The notes below the pieces were generated by a model. The model was not told the origin of the DNA. It saw only the letters and a program-made list of their open reading frames with translations, and ran no database searches. From the IMG/VR virus record IMGVR_UViG_3300044878_000059, positions 1 through 64,000 of that record: DNA of 64,000 nt; one strand, written 5' to 3'. Shown here piece after piece: positions 63,404 through 64,000 of this stretch; the first letter of the stretch is position 1, and each line of letters begins with the position of its first letter. Made by a program: the position numbers and the translations under genes. Source of the DNA: a virus (Duplodnaviria; Heunggongvirae; Uroviricota; Caudoviricetes).

Positions 63404-63437
63404 TTTATACACTATGATCTTGAAAATCTAAACATTT
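63404..63437 (-). promoter_or_regulatory. phage promoter upstream of tRNA-Trp
   Basis: AATGTTTA GATTTTCAAGATCATAGTG TATAAATA. Confidence 0.5.
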
Positions 63438-63449
63438 TCAAAATTATTT

Positions 63450-63824
63450 TTACCACCAATCCCACAGACGCTTTGCTTGGTTGACGTGTGGTTCCAATAC
63501 GATATCGAAATCACCGGAACGCAAGGATTTGCTCAAAGCGGCTTTGTGCTGACGTTTCTGGCGAAGCGTATCAACACGATACCAATCACCCGGACATTTG
63601 CTACGCGGTCTGAAATCCATGTGGTAACGACGGATTCTCAGCCCTGCATATTCTTCGTAGGTGGTTGTATCATTCTCGTTGTCCTTCCAGTACAGGTAAG
63701 CTACTGGTGGTTTCCAACGCCAACGAGAACCATGGAACATTTTGTTCTGGTGGCAGATTGTACCGATGTTGATGTACTTGACGTAATCACGGCTTGGTTT
63801 GCCACGGCGAATTGTTCTTGACAT
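63450..63824 (-). CDS. hypothetical basic protein (124 aa)
   Basis: ORF. Confidence 0.4.
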   Translation of the reverse strand: MSRTIRRGKPSRDYVKYINIGTICHQNKMFHGSRWRWKPPVAYLYWKDNENDTTTYEEYAGLRIRRYHMDFRPRSKCPGDWYRVDTLRQKRQHKAALSKSLRSGDFDIVLEPHVNQAKRLWDWW

Positions 63825-63893
63825 TTTCTTCCCTCATAGAGAAGCCCGGTATTGAGCTTCACATACGTGAAGATTTGTCCCAAATGTATTTGA

Positions 63894-64000
63894 TCATTGA
63901 TGTGTTTTCCCACAGCGTAAGCAGTGATTGAAATAGTGAGTCACGGTGTACCCGGTAACCACCCCGTAGTGTTTTTCTACATAGATGTATTTGCAGCCGA
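63894..64000 (-). CDS. C-terminal fragment of a Cys-rich protein (gene starts beyond window end)
   Basis: frame reads ...CKYIYVEKHYGVVTGYTVTHYFNHCLRCGKTHQ then stop. Confidence 0.3.
   Translation of the reverse strand, partial: GCKYIYVEKHYGVVTGYTVTHYFNHCLRCGKTHQ

Overview
This window looks like a segment of a T4-like (Tevenvirinae-type) myovirus genome; almost all genes lie on the minus strand. Gene order and protein sequence identify the T4 replication and recombination core in T4 order: late sigma gp55, gp47 and gp46 (Mre11/Rad50-like), sliding clamp gp45, clamp loader gp44 and gp62, RegA, DNA polymerase gp43, UvsX, helicase gp41, primase gp61, a MazG-like dNTP pyrophosphatase, exonuclease DexA, topoisomerase II large subunit gp39 (intact, gp60 fused, no bypass gap) and medium subunit gp52. 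Accessory blocks include: an RNA repair set (RnlA, Pnk and RnlB, plus a separate 2H phosphoesterase); an NAD+ salvage island (NAMPT and bifunctional NMNAT-Nudix, like KVP40 NadV/NatV) extended by a metallophosphoesterase, an SPFH membrane protein, a translationally coupled NADAR and SLOG (DprA/YpsA-like) pair, an HD small-alarmone-hydrolase-like protein and two tandem kinase-fold paralogues; lysis-type enzymes (GH108 lysozyme, SleB-like hydrolase); a 1035-aa fibre/depolymerase and a collagen-like repeat fibre; and a very large minus-strand tRNA array (about 35 tRNA or tRNA-like genes in 41.6-43.6 kb and 50.4-63.3 kb) interrupted by small ORFs, an HNH endonuclease and an SF1 helicase, and ending next to a vWA protein with Ro60/TROVE-like architecture. 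Fifteen intergenic sites share a phage-specific promoter architecture (AATGTTTA, 19 nt, sigma70-like -10) on the coding strand; about half of them also carry a GAACAGAAC/GTTCTGTTC half-site or dyad that looks like an operator. The most unusual items are a tRNA with anticodon CUA (putative amber suppressor), a type-I tRNA with anticodon UAG, a 198-nt tRNA-like gene with large insertions, and a DNA polymerase gene with no in-frame ATG at the position homologous to the T4 gp43 start. All assignments come from reading the sequence and recalling protein families; no database search was run.
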